A stretch of DNA of 63,530 nt, the filler included, from Sphacelaria rigidula (taxonomy: Eukaryota), in assembly GCA_964200075.2 (NCBI GenBank). It is 9 parts of 9 records of this genome, joined end to end, with 100 filler letters (N's around TTAATTAATTAA, not from the genome) between each part and the next. Parts side by side here need not be neighbours in the genome. Positions count along the whole stretch, not along the records: positions 1 to 6,971 come from CAXNAA020017139.1; positions 7,072 to 14,042 come from CAXNAA020017140.1; 7 more parts are not named here. One strand, 5' to 3'. Below the pieces are notes generated by a model. It was not told where the DNA came from. It did no database searches and was given only the letters and a program-made list of their open reading frames with translations. Below are positions 1 to 11,957 of the stretch, piece by piece. The stretch's first letter is position 1, and the number at the start of each line of letters is the position of its first letter. The translations under genes were made by a program, and so were the position numbers.

Positions 1-99
1 TTAGGAGTAGGAACGGTGCTCCGTCTCGAAAGGGATGCGTGGTCAACGGTCGAATGACTGAGGCAAGCAACAAATCACCCCCCCTCCCGTCGAGCCGGG

Positions 100-290
100 T
101 CGATGTTCACGGATGATTTTGTGGGGATTTTAGGAGCAGCACAAGGATTACAGAAACAGATAGACACGGCGGTAGAATACACTAGAAAACGAATAGTGAC
201 AGCGAACGTCAACAAATTCACGGTACTCGTGTGTAACAAAGATAAGAAAATCCGGTACAGTTCAGATGGAACTGGGGAGACGAGGAATTG
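100..290 (+). mobile_element. Degraded non-LTR retrotransposon (LINE) reverse transcriptase fragment
   Basis: [38 protein letters not shown] is the (Y/F)ADD catalytic motif plus the LQ..I helix and ..N..K motif. A homologous copy lies at 3885-4100. Confidence 0.8.
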
Positions 291-831
291 GAAAATTAGA
301 CGACCAAAGTTACCATGTGCTGCAACAATGTTGTATGTTTCTTCTTCTCGTCCGAATTTGTAACCATAGTTGACAGATTCAATTTCGCTTGTTTCACGAA
401 TTAAACTTGAAGTTACTACAGAACCATGCATAGCGCTAAATAAAGAACCACCAAACACACCTGCAACACCAGCCATATGGAATGGGTGCATTGAAATGTT
501 GTGTTCAGCTTGGAAAACGATCATAAAGTTAAAAGTACCTGAGATACCTAATGGAATACCATCAAAGAAACCACCTCGACCAATTGGGTAGATTAAAAAT
601 ACTGCAGAAGCTGCTGCTACTGGAGCAGAAAATGCTACAAAGATCCAAGGACGCATACCTAAACCGTAGCTAAGTTCCCATTCACGACCCATGTAACTGG
701 CAACACCTAATAATAAATGGAATACGATTAATTGGTAAGGACCACCGTTGTATAACCATTCTTCGATAGAAGCTGCTTCCCAACTTGGATAGAAAGGAAT
801 CCCAATTGCATTTGAACTAGGAATAACAGCA
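287..831 (-). pseudogene. psbA: Plastid psbA (photosystem II D1) fragment, residues ~81-261; nuclear plastid DNA insertion (NUPT)
   Basis: Translation [93 protein letters not shown]-rich plastid-like codons, truncated at both ends, many substitutions at invariant residues, flanked by nuclear repeats. Confidence 0.96.
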
Positions 832-2523
832 TAACCAAGGTCTTCATTTCATAATCTTCGTTCGAAGCACATCGAATAGGCGTAGTAACATTTTCGCCTT
901 CAATCGCAGAACACGACGGGCGAGAGGTCCCGATCTGGAATAGCTGTGAATCTGTGTGGAGTTCAACCAGCGTGCAAATCCCTTGCTATTTGTGAGAAGT
1001 GAAGGTAGTGCCATTCGTACCACGTGCGGCCATCCGGCTACCCCCATAAAAATCCTTTCTGGCGGTTTATAATTGTACACGCTTCGTGCCCTAGTTATCA
1101 TTTCACGAACAACCATGGTAATACCGGTGCGGTTACAGAGAAACCAACGCATGTGCACTTTTACATGTAAATATGTGTATCCGCGCACCATCTTTGGGAC
1201 ATAATTTTTACTCTAGTACTCTTCTTTTCACCAGAACAATGTAGATACCTCCCTCCAGACTCAAGACGTTCACAACTCAAACGTGTCTGTGAATGCTTTT
1301 TCCGCAAAGAAGTCCACAAAACAATGTTCTCAAAATAGTGTTTGTTTCCACAAAATGTGGTTGTAGCCTGAACGAACTAGTTGGGAGGGGGTAAATGTGC
1401 GGGCCCGTCGGCTCAACTTCACCCGTCACTTACTCTTGTTGAGTCGATCATCCTCACTATTTCATATCGACGCATCGTCTTGCCTTGTTTCACACCATGC
1501 TTCCGGGAGGCATGTCACATGATGACATACGAGGAAACGCCAAGCACAGAATTGCTCACAGCATAGAAGTTGCACGGGGTGTGGCTGTGGCTCGTGCACA
1601 GTCCACAGTGTTCAACCGTCTGTCAAACTCAACGGCGACAACCGGTTCATCTCGTGAACCCAGCTCTAGCAAAAGAGCTCGAAGAGGATGCACTGTATTG
1701 ATGAAACATTTCCTTCGTGCCGGGAAAAAAATAATATGGTTTTCACTTGGTGCTTCGCTTGGCCGAAAGCAAATCAAACACGATCAGTATTTACTTTACT
1801 GAAAACTGATCTCAAGCTGGTGGGCCTGCTTGAGGTGAGTGGCTTTGAAGAGTGAAAGCGTAGGGCCATGTCAATTTCTCGGGAACAGTCTTGGGTACCA
1901 TAAACCCGTGAGTCCAAACTGTTGACACCCAAGACTACATGCCAAACTCTTCACTTCCCTGACGATGAGTATACGAGGTACATATTTCTGAAACCTTTCG
2001 ATCCTTTTATTTTACGACGATCTTTGCTACTTATGCTGAACCGTAACGGATTCTTCTGCTAATCTCGAGTAGGTATTCGGCACGGATCTTTCCCAAATTC
2101 CAACAGAGGCGCTCCGTTGGATGTAATTCCGCCGCACAATGCTCTGACCCGTCTTGTGCAGCGGAAGCTCCCGAGCTTCCGAGCTTTGAACATATCAACC
2201 AGTCTCCAGGGACGAGAAAATTAGTCGCGATCTATGCTGGCAACATCCACGTTCGCACCGACCATTCAAATCTTTGGCCGATGCTCATGAATCCGGTGCC
2301 ATCTGCCCGGAGGAACGACATGTAGAGTGCCGTGTTCAGCTTTCGTACTACGGCTTCATCAAGGTGAGAACGTCCCGCGTAGCCACCATCGAGAGAGGTT
2401 CGCCTGGAGAATGCTGACAAAGAGCAGCATATCCTACTGGAATCAATACTTATCGAAGGCGAAGGAACGACTCGACGGTAAATGTTGAGCTACCGACTAC
2501 GATCCGCCCTCTGACTTGGCACA

Positions 2524-2658
2524 TCAACGAAGCTTTGCTTTTCTCAAGTCATGGAGCCTACGCTTCGTGGCGATAGTGTCTTCATGATTTTCCCCAAGCG
2601 ACTTTCTGCGAATTGCCAAGGCCCTCTCGACGCCAGCTATGGCCTCCTTGTACATTCC
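2524..2658 (-). CDS. Terminal exon of a TPR-repeat (kinesin-light-chain-type, NB-ARC-TPR-like) gene; possibly an orphan or pseudo-exon
   Basis: Acceptor gtgcag| then GMYKEAIAGVERALAIRRKSLGENHEDTIATKRRLHDLRKAKLR*, matching the GxYxEAxxxxERALAIRxKxLGxxHPDT TPR pattern, phase 0. Confidence 0.75.
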   Translation of the reverse strand, partial: GMYKEAIAGVERALAIRRKSLGENHEDTIATKRRLHDLRKAKLR

Positions 2659-3254
2659 CTGCACGTGTTTCGGGGGCACATTAATGAATAAAACAGGCGA
2701 GCAGCGGACACGCACACGAGTTGGCAAATGTGCTGTGGAACTCAGTCGACAAACTACTTTGCAAGATTCATTGTGCCTTCAGTAGCACGTCAAGTATCGG
2801 GGCGTATCGTGATCTGCTGCGTGCAGACCGGGACTGAGTTCCACCAATAGCCTGCATCAAGTGACGGAGGTGATGCAAGCTGTAAAGATCCCAGCCGGAT
2901 ACTGGAATCGGAGCTGGGGAAGAAAGTAGCCAATGTCCAGCGCGGTGGTCAGAGATATGACGGATCCAGGACATGCCGCTAATTGGGCAAACCATGGGGT
3001 ACATTCCTGGGTCCCCGCTTCTGCGCCTTCACATCGACGAAGCACCAGGTCAGCGGTCAGCCAGCGCGACAAGGGATCGTCTCACGACAACGCGACTGCG
3101 AGTTTTCCCACCGCGTCGTGGACGACAGCGGGAACCGGTTCCAACGAGTCAAGTTCAACAACGCCTTCGATCACACGTATTCACATGCCACGATGACCCA
3201 GGCTCAAGAGTTGTCGTTGAATGGCATAATCAATCCCCCCCCCCTACCACCACT

Positions 3255-3555
3255 GGTTTGATACCCATGAAGCAGTGTAAAAGCCGTGGCTGTCTCTGGA
3301 AGTGGCGATACCAGATAAAGAAACTCATTGGAGGCTGTCAGCGCGATTATCAATAGGCTTCGGGCCGAACAATCTCAGCCGGATGCAGCTCGCCCTTCAC
3401 GCGACTCGTCGAACACACCACGGCGGTTCGCACTCAGTGGTTCGAGTACGCACGCCTGGTCCGGCGAAAACCCGTCGTGCTTCGTCCAGGCTTTGTAGGG
3501 ATGAGAGGTCAATGGTCTCATGACTACGGCATGCATGATCATGAGTACACCCCCC
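3255..3555 (-). repeat. Copy of ~300-bp dispersed repeat family R1 (its end is re-duplicated at 3579-3617)
   Basis: Shares cgtggctgtctctggaagtggcgata...cctggtccggcgaaaacc...ctttgtagggatg...gcatgcatgatcatgagtacacccc with copies in contigs 3, 5, 7, 8 and 9. Confidence 0.9.
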
Positions 3556-3659
3556 ACACACACACCAGCGACCCTTTTTGGTCTCATGACTGCGACATGC
3601 ATGATCATGAGCACACCAACAGTAACCCTTTCAAGGCCGTTAACCATACGCCCGATAAT

Positions 3660-3852
3660 CAAATACTCTTCTTCGGGCCAAGCAAGCTTTGAGGATACAG
3701 GTCATCCTTCATGCGACTCGCCGAGCACATGAGGCGCTTCGCGCTTGGTGTTCGCGGACCTGGCCCGGCAACAACGCGGCGTGCACTGTGCTGGCTTACT
3801 AGGGGCGTAACGGTCTTACGACAACGACATTGAAAATCATGGGTACACCCCG
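3660..3852 (-). repeat. Second, more diverged partial R1 copy
   Basis: cttcgggcc...catgcgactcgccgagcacat...gcgcttggtg...catgggtacacccc aligns with 3360-3555. Confidence 0.8.
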
Positions 3853-3884
3853 TCTTTCCCGTCCCCCGCCGCCTTTCTTCCGCG

Positions 3885-4100
3885 TAGGGATTCATCTCTG
3901 CGGACGATTTCGTGGGGATATAAAAATTCAAAAAGAATCGCACAAACGATTGGGAGAGTCACTACAATGCGTGAGGTGATGGAGAGTGACAGCGAACATC
4001 AGCACATATCGTAGTGACGTGACAAAGGTGAGGAAAACTCGGTGAACTAAAAATGGAAGTAGGGATCACCGATCATAGACCAGTATACATACCCTGGCGT
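3885..4100 (+). mobile_element. Degraded LINE RT fragment (same family as 100-290)
   Basis: SADDFVGI ... WRVTANI ... PIIDQYTYPGV (Y.YLG-like motif), with stops and frameshifts. Confidence 0.75.
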
Positions 4101-5211
4101 CCGCTCTGGGGCAGTCTTGAGATGTAAAACATTTGAGCACACAAGTATTCCTGACTCAGCAGAATATCACAACCTGGTTAAGAACGACTCTGCCGCCGTT
4201 CGATCAACGTTGACGCGCACCGTCACACCCGCACTGGGAATGTTGCACGATGACACGAAACTCGTCAGCAGCTGCATCATTGGAGAACAACTCAAAGACG
4301 ACTGTCACGTACAACGGGAGCAGGCACGAGCGAAAACTGCACTTGGGCTTGATTACTCTTCTCCGATTGAATAAGCGAGATTCCCTCAACAGAGACCTTT
4401 CGCGGGCTTGCTGGAACCGGGCGCATCAGTACAAGTATTCCAACGCACACGTTTGCTTCGGTTCACGATTACGATTGCTTGTCCATGATATAGGTTTCAA
4501 GTTTCAAGTTACTGATGTTGATAAAGCGCTGGAGGCAAACTCACGAGATTTCGGCAGGCCGAGAGAACAACATGACGGACTCAAGGATCTCCTGAAATCG
4601 GCTGGACAAATGGAGACACGCTGAAGAATTTCTTGGCAACGGTGACAATTACCCTCTTGCCCGACGGGGTGTTATCATAATCGGAAATACACGGTGTGCG
4701 TGGCTCTTGCGCGTGTGGGGTACGAGCACACGAGAAATCTCTCTCGCATCAGGACGTCACCCGCCATCGCCGACATTTGAAAATAGAAGATGAAGACCCC
4801 CGGCACAACACGTGATAACGCAGCCGACCAAAACCCAAACGTATACAGAACAAGATAAAGCTCATGGCAAGAATCGCGCTTTTGAGGGGGAGACAGTATG
4901 GAGAGTCAAATACCTCCTCGGACTACCTCCATCAACGCTCTCCCCTCACTGACGACGACGCTCACCTTCGAACAACAATTGCTACTTTCGACGCCCAGCG
5001 CGGAACCTACATTGTCTCACACCCGGCATATCCACACCGTATATACGACAAGTTGGTTCCGCAACTGCGGCGGCTCGGCTGCCGTCACAACATTGACAAC
5101 TTCTACAGTAAGCGTTGTATGATGAGCGCGGAGCGTATCGAACGATCTTGACATCGCCGCGCAAAAACAGTCGGCATCGGAGCCACAGCCGAATCATCTA
5201 GCATTGCACGG

Positions 5212-5907
5212 ACAGCGGCTCGGCCTCCGTATACCTCCCCTGCATTGTAGTACACAGCGCGAGGGCGTCGCGTCTCAGTCGCAGATCGACCTACACCTGC
5301 GGTGACACGCTGGCGCCACCGCCCCGCCCGCATGTGCAGGCGGTGAGCGCTGCATGCTTACAACGAACGGTACTACGCCGGGTCTTCACGGCTCTCACAC
5401 GTACGGCGAGTTGATCACGCCGCACCTATGGCCTCGCTGCCACTGGCCCGCACCATCACCGAACAACATCCAACACCACACACGGCAGGTGACACGTCGA
5501 CACACGACTACCCAAAGCCTCCATCGGCTCTCACCTGGGCTTCATACAATCCCGCACGGTTGTGGAGCGTCGCGGCCAACGACGGGTGCTCAGGGCCTAG
5601 CACCTTTTCCTCGATCGCCTGACACTGCTCATACAGCGGCTCGGCCTCCGTATACCTCCCCTGCATTGTAGTACACAGCGCGAGGGCGTCGCGTCTCAGT
5701 CGCAGATCGACCTACAACTGCAGCGACACGCTGGCGCCACCGCCCCGCCCGCATGTGCAGGCGGTGAGCGCTGCATGCTTACAACGAACGGTACTACGCC
5801 GGGTCTTCACGGCTCTCACACGTACGGCGAGTTGATCACGCCGCACCTATGGCCTCGCTGCCACTGGCCCGCACCATCACCGAACAACATCCAACACCAC
5901 ACACGGC
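5212..5907. repeat. Two near-identical 275-bp direct repeats (5212-5486, 5633-5907) separated by 146 bp
   Basis: Offset 421 bp. I see only ~3 mismatches (cacctgcggtgac vs caactgcagcgac). The ORF track shows duplicated peptides. Confidence 0.95.
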
Positions 5908-6971
5908 CGTTACGATCGGCACTACGTCAGATTTTCACGGCTCGCAAGGACGACGAGTTCATCCGTTTTCACCCTTGGCGTCACCAATCGGTGGTGTACA
6001 TCGTTGGCGACTGTCGTGTATCATACACGGCTGATACCACGTCAGCTCACGTGGACGGTCACAATCAAGGTGGTTGAATTATCGTGTCTAGGGAAGTCCG
6101 TGTCTGCGTGATGTTCCATCAATTCATGACGAAGATGAGAAAAGTCGTAATCTTCACTTCGCACATGGAAAAGTGTGTACTCGCGAAATGTTCGAAATAT
6201 CCTCGGTCCTCCCAGTCTCACACCGCTTGTTCCAAGGGATCCTGGTTCATGGGCAGTACAGTCCAAAATAAGCAACGGAAGCCGGTCACCAACAGGGACA
6301 TGGCTATGGAAAGAGTGACATGTCACACGAATACATGCAGCATTGGATATCGACTCGTAACGTAGAGCTTGTAGAACCCACAGCGGCCGGAGGTGAATCG
6401 CAGGTCCGACTACGAAACAAAAAGCGACTGTGTGCACCCGCTGAACAAGAATCGAACAGTGCATGCACGTACTTAAGCGTTGCAGCCAACCCCAGGTCAT
6501 CTTCGACCACCTGGTATCGCTCATTCAGAGGTCAACCTCGGGGAACTAACATCGTATTCGTGGCCACAACGTTCGTCAACAACGCATGCCCGCCCGGTGA
6601 CCTCCGCACAGAAAAATCCGGGGCTCCCTGGTCAAGGCACACGCATCGTTCATGGGTGAACCTTAGGCCGCTTCTCAAAGACTTGAAAAAGTCTCTGAGA
6701 AAAGTCATTTTGGTCCGTCTTCAGAGATTTTTCTAGAACGCGACCTCTGGAAATTGGCTACAAATCGCAGACAGCAGGATTTTGCGAAATCTCCGTCTGT
6801 CGCCATCGATTTGTCGAGACTTTTCTTAGTCTGCGAATTGTCTGTTCATCATCACACATTCGTCGCACACCACGCCCGCAATGGTGCAGGCAGTGCTTCA
6901 TCACCGTAGTCAGTCAGTGCAAAAGTAGTTGCCCATGTTGAATGTACAGTACAGTGCCAACAGCATAACTG

Positions 6972-7071
6972 NNNNNNNNNNNNNNNNNNNNNNNNNNNNN
7001 NNNNNNNNNNNNNNNTTAATTAATTAANNNNNNNNNNNNNNNNNNNNNNNNNNNNNNNNNNNNNNNNNNNN
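6972..7071. other. Artificial contig spacer (first of eight; others 14043-14142, 21114-21213, 28184-28283, 35254-35353, 42324-42423, 49393-49492, 56462-56561)
   Basis: Each is 44 N + TTAATTAATTAA (stops in all six frames) + 44 N. Intervening contigs fall monotonically from 6971 to 6969 bp. Confidence 0.98.
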
Positions 7072-7085
7072 CGTAGCATTGCTCC

Positions 7086-7227
7086 TCAGCGCATTTTATC
7101 GACTCTGTGAGCTTACAGCGCTGTCCGAAACCGCCATTTCTACTTATTTTTCAGGAGGGGGCGATATCAGGGAAAACAGCACTTTCGGTCAGCGCTGTAA
7201 GCTCACAGAGTCGGTAAAATGCGCTGA
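7086..7227. mobile_element. MITE-like element with 45-bp inverted repeats
   Basis: 7086-7130 tcagcgcattttatcgactctgtgagcttacagcgctgtccgaaa is the reverse complement of 7183-7227 with 2 mismatches. Confidence 0.75.
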
Positions 7228-10200
7228 AAAAGTATTTACGTGATCGAGGGGCATTAGGCCGACAAAAATGTCATTGGGCACCATCGCTGAAAGTGTGGAG
7301 AAAATACTGTTTTGGGCTCGAACCTCATTTCATTAATGAACCTCATTTTATCGAATCCTCTGTTATGTGCTAGGAATATCCCGCATGAATTTACAACCGG
7401 GGATGCCCTGACCCATATCTTTCTGCATGTACAATCGGTCACAGCCCCTGAACCGGACAACATTTCGCGTAAGAAGTGCACCTCTACCGTGGCATTGCTC
7501 CTGGAGGGAACGTTCGCGTCTCGCATTTTGCCGGAGTGCACGGGATTACTGGGACATATCGGACAGGGCGCCGGCCACGCTTCCGTGGCACCACAAACCG
7601 TCTTTCCGCATGATAGCGGCACCCGTTTCCGCCGTCTGGGGGTATGAATGTCGGGCTGCACAGCACGCGGTTCTTCTGTAGAGGTAGGTGGCGTCGGCCG
7701 TTGCCCCCCTAACAGGAACCCCAGCAGTATATCCCCGCTACCTCCTCCTCGCGCGGCAGACTGTCGGCGACTGCGTCGGCGGATGCCGCAGGCCAACGAC
7801 TTTGGGCGCTCGCTGGCGACCGGTGTGCCGTCCCTGGCGATATCTGGCGACGGTCCATCGCCGGAAGTGGCATCAAGATTGGACCGCGCCGCGTCCATCC
7901 TCTCTTCCGCCGCCATACAGCCGGGTGCACAGGGAGAGCGTACCGCTCCTGCTACTGGAGCTGGCGGCCCCTCTTCGCCGGCGCGCACTGTTGCTCCGCT
8001 CCAATCCTTCCCACCTGCGCTCCATGGCGTACACGGTGGGAGCAGGAGCAGCATGGGAAAGACCCGGCGCGGGGGGTGCATCGTGATCGCATCGACGATA
8101 TGACACAAACGTGCAGGCAGAAGTCGCACCCCGTCAACCAACCGTAACAGTCATGTATTATCATGGGTCGCAGCAATAACTGTTGTATATTCGGCGCAAA
8201 AAGGTCCGTACAATAGGCCCTACGAAAGAGAACCAATAGCACTTCTTCCTGCTGCACGGAACTCGTCATGTGTGGTACAGACCGTGAACGGAACCTGCCG
8301 CATGGGCTACGTCTACAGCCGTGCCGAAAACTGGAACGCACATGACTGCCATGTGCCGCATGCTGCATTCATACTATGGTTTAGCAAAATATGGTGGCTT
8401 CCTTCGCCTACAGGTAGCTATTGAGAACTACCACACGCGACACAATTTCGGGTGGGCACAAGCAAAATTGCGGCGCACTGAACGATTTTTGTTGTTGTCG
8501 GATAACGAAGATTCCACCACACCGAAAGTCTCTCTAGGAAAACCAAGATTCATTAGTTTTTTCACAAGACCCCAAGACATCGGTTTTCGGAATCTTAATT
8601 GTTGGGGCGCATTATGCTTCGCCATCACAAGCAGCCGACTGAGGAACATAGCATACTTGCACGAATCGGAGCGGATGCTAACGTTGCATGTTGCGGGGTG
8701 TCAGGCACAATGCAAATGCCCATCGTGATCCTCAATGGTGGCTTCAATCAAACCCAGGTTCTACTTACACCCAAATTGTTCCCTGCCACCACACCTGTTC
8801 ACGTAACGACGGGGGAATAAATGAAGGAAGGGGACTGGCGTATTGTAGAAAGTATAGGCTCCTACAAATCCGGCCCGCCTTCTCGCAGCGGTACACCTGC
8901 ACAATCATGGCTGCTGAACCAAGGGCGTCCAGAACAATAAATCCTAGACCCACACGATCCCCTCACCCCCCCAGCACATGCTGATTTCATTTTTTTCCCC
9001 TCAAACTCTGTCAAACTAGCCACTTATTTCTCAGGCCTTAGGGAGTCATTTGCTCAGCAAGACGTTGTCGAAACAATGCGCACAAGCCGTACACGTGTGC
9101 TGTTTGTGTGTTTCATTAATGTGCTTGGTTGGATGAGCGGTGTTGGCAGTGTTGAAGGTGTGTTGGAGATTGGTTGATGCTCTGCAAATTGTTCGCAATG
9201 GTGGCGATAGGGTTAAAAAGGTCGGAGGGCACAAGTTGGAGGGCAAACAAAACGAAGTGTTGAAAAGTACGATGATTTGGATGAGTACAAAGATCAGTTG
9301 GACACGTTTGAGTCCGTCGCAGGGCTCGAGGAGCAGAACGAACTCGGGCGCAAATTTGCGCATGCCAATTCGAAAGCACTTGTAACAAAGCCAAGGCGCA
9401 CAAGTTAGTCACAAGTACAGGGTCTCGCGTTCTTGACAAAAGCACGACGCCGCGCACTTCTGATACAATTGCTTTTTCGACGGTTTCAAATTTTTCGGTC
9501 TCGCTCAATCTTGCCGCATTTTTCAGTGCAAGTTGTTTCCGATGTACTGAGCACTAGTCACCTGACTTACTTCGGCCTCGGTTACGTTGTCTGTTGACTG
9601 CTAGGTTTCATGATTAGATTGCACATCAGGCAATGAACTAGGCAGTTTATATTCACCTACACAGCGCAGACTGCTGTTTGTTAGCTATATCGCTGCTTCT
9701 ACTTGGCTCTGTGCTCTGCAACTGATCAATTAAGTTTCTCTTATGCCCGGTTAGCACAGTCCCTGACTAGGTTCCATTCTAAAGCCAAGTAACTTGCCAT
9801 TGAGTTGTTATTATATAGGATATAGTATGGAAATGAAAATCCCCCCCCCATACCCCCCCCCACACACCTCAATATAAAGACACAAAAAAAAACGACCTGC
9901 ATCCCCGAGCGCCAAAANNNNNNNNNNAGGAAAAAATATTAAAAAGAAAACCCCCCCCCCCCCCCCCCCTCCCCCCAATCGTCCTCAAATGCAAAAATGT
10001 GAGTGTGGGCGCCCCTGGCTGAACCGAAATCGATCGCCGACATCGCACGTTCAATCCCCACTCCAACTTCCGTTTTGGCACTTTCTTAACACACACGACT
10101 GATTGCGCCCGCTGACATGAGGTGAAATGCGCGCATGTTGGGAAGGAACAAACTCCGTCGCAGGACAGAAGCACTGGTGTCTACATGTCGGGATGATCCC

Positions 10201-11957
10201 GCCCGTAATTCTTCGAACCTTCTTCATGAGGGGGTCTTAATCACCATCAGGTAGTGATAAATATCCGGCTTTCAGCTGAAGCGGTCACGCAGAGTAACAC
10301 AAGCGCTGGTGAATCACGGAGGGAAACGCTATCGCCCTGCACAGAGATATTATGGCACAAGCTCACCTAATCATGTTTATTCATGTGCAACTCGCAGATA
10401 CCGCAATCATGGCCGTGCGATTGCGGGGTCGCACCTTCTTGTCGTTGAAGAGCATCACACCATGTCTCGTGGGCACTGCTACAAATGGGATGTCGCACGG
10501 AGCCTACCGGTTACGCAAGATACATGCAGCAGGAAATAACGGCCAGTGTCACAAGTGCACAGGCCGTGCTACACGTTGTGGCGTGGGGTTTGCTTTACCC
10601 AACCCTAACTCATATGAGCACTACATGAGCACTGCAGCGTATCCTCTGAGGGGGGTGTTTTACCGTCGATCAATCTGTATTCATCCGTACAGACTGTACT
10701 GCACTAACAATAGTAGCGTCAGCAAGCAGTCCTGCGTAACATGAGGGAGCAATGTCAACTTTGGGTCGTCATCAACTCGCAGCGAATACGCATGGGAAAT
10801 CAAAAATGCACTGTGGTAATGAATCACTGCAGTTCGGCGAAATGTGCCGATGCATGGTGTAGCGCGCCGCACCGCAGCAAACACGTTGCAACCTCCCTGT
10901 ATATGTCTACGCTCCGCCGCACTCATTGCCTGCGTCGTACAGCACAAAACGGTACCCAGCCAGGGTATGCGGACCACAGCCAATCGATTCACGGCATTGT
11001 CGTCATTACGTTGAGGCATACATATACCGGGCAATCAATGTTTCTCAACCACGAAGCGACATACCTTCTTGCCCCTCCCGCCGAGGTATGCGCCCCATGA
11101 TCTCTGTAGTGCCAGTTATCCGGACAGATGTGGAGCCCTCTTCCCCGAAAACGTCTGCTCCCTTCGGCATCATACATTAGGCCTTTGGAGCATGACCGTC
11201 TCGAAGTGTTTTGCCGTTTCGGAATATTCATCTGATCAACACACCGCCTCCACATTATTGAAAAGGAGTAATCCCGTTTGGGCCACTCCTTGCACGAAAT
11301 TCCGAGGCAAATCGTCGTTAAAAGCAGCAACGGTTGTTCGAACGAGCTTGTTATGGATTACGAACGCTCATCCATACTGCCTGACACCGTTTGAAACCAA
11401 ATACAAGTGCAACGCAAGTGTGGCAGGTCGTCTGACACACCTTTGAGCCTCTCTTTTCGTACAACCAAATACCCCTCCCCTACGGTAGGATGACTCGGAA
11501 ATCGGGCACGAGTTGCGATTTTACAATCATTGCTGCACGAAACTAAGTCGAAATGCCACAAACGTCGATTCATATGTACACTCACCAAGCACACAGTCAC
11601 GGGGATGTTGTTTGCACGTCTGCAACGACTTATTTATTATCGCCTCCATATCGAGTGCGAAGCCCGGATGATGGTTGCTCCCCTGAGCTCAACTATTTTT
11701 GTTATCACATTTGTTCCAACTTCGTACCCACAGTGGAGCAGATCACACGCGGCCATTCGGCTACCTGTAGAGGATTTTGTAAAACGAACCCCCCCCCTAG
11801 CGTCCGTTCTTCAAATGCCCTCTAGAGGATATTGGACATTTGTAATCCTCTGGAGGGTTTTCAAGGTTGGGGTCTCCCTCGAAGGTCTGTGTCGAAATCC
11901 TCTGGATTGTTTTTGAAGGCACGCGCATGCCATGGACAATGCAATTTGGACAACCCC

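Noticed and set aside
75..692. Functional, viral or variant D1 protein
   Set aside because: It lacks both termini, including the C-terminal Mn ligands. Substitutions are scattered over invariant sites, and the ORF tail is antisense LINE sequence.
7016..7027. Regularly spaced TTAATTAATTAA as a biological periodic motif
   Set aside because: It is always centred in 88 Ns and is an assembly linker. ORFs ending in ..XXLIN are artefacts.
9990..11450. Identifiable minus-strand spliced gene
   Set aside because: Some AG/GT-bounded segments exist, but they contain stops and show no recognisable domain.
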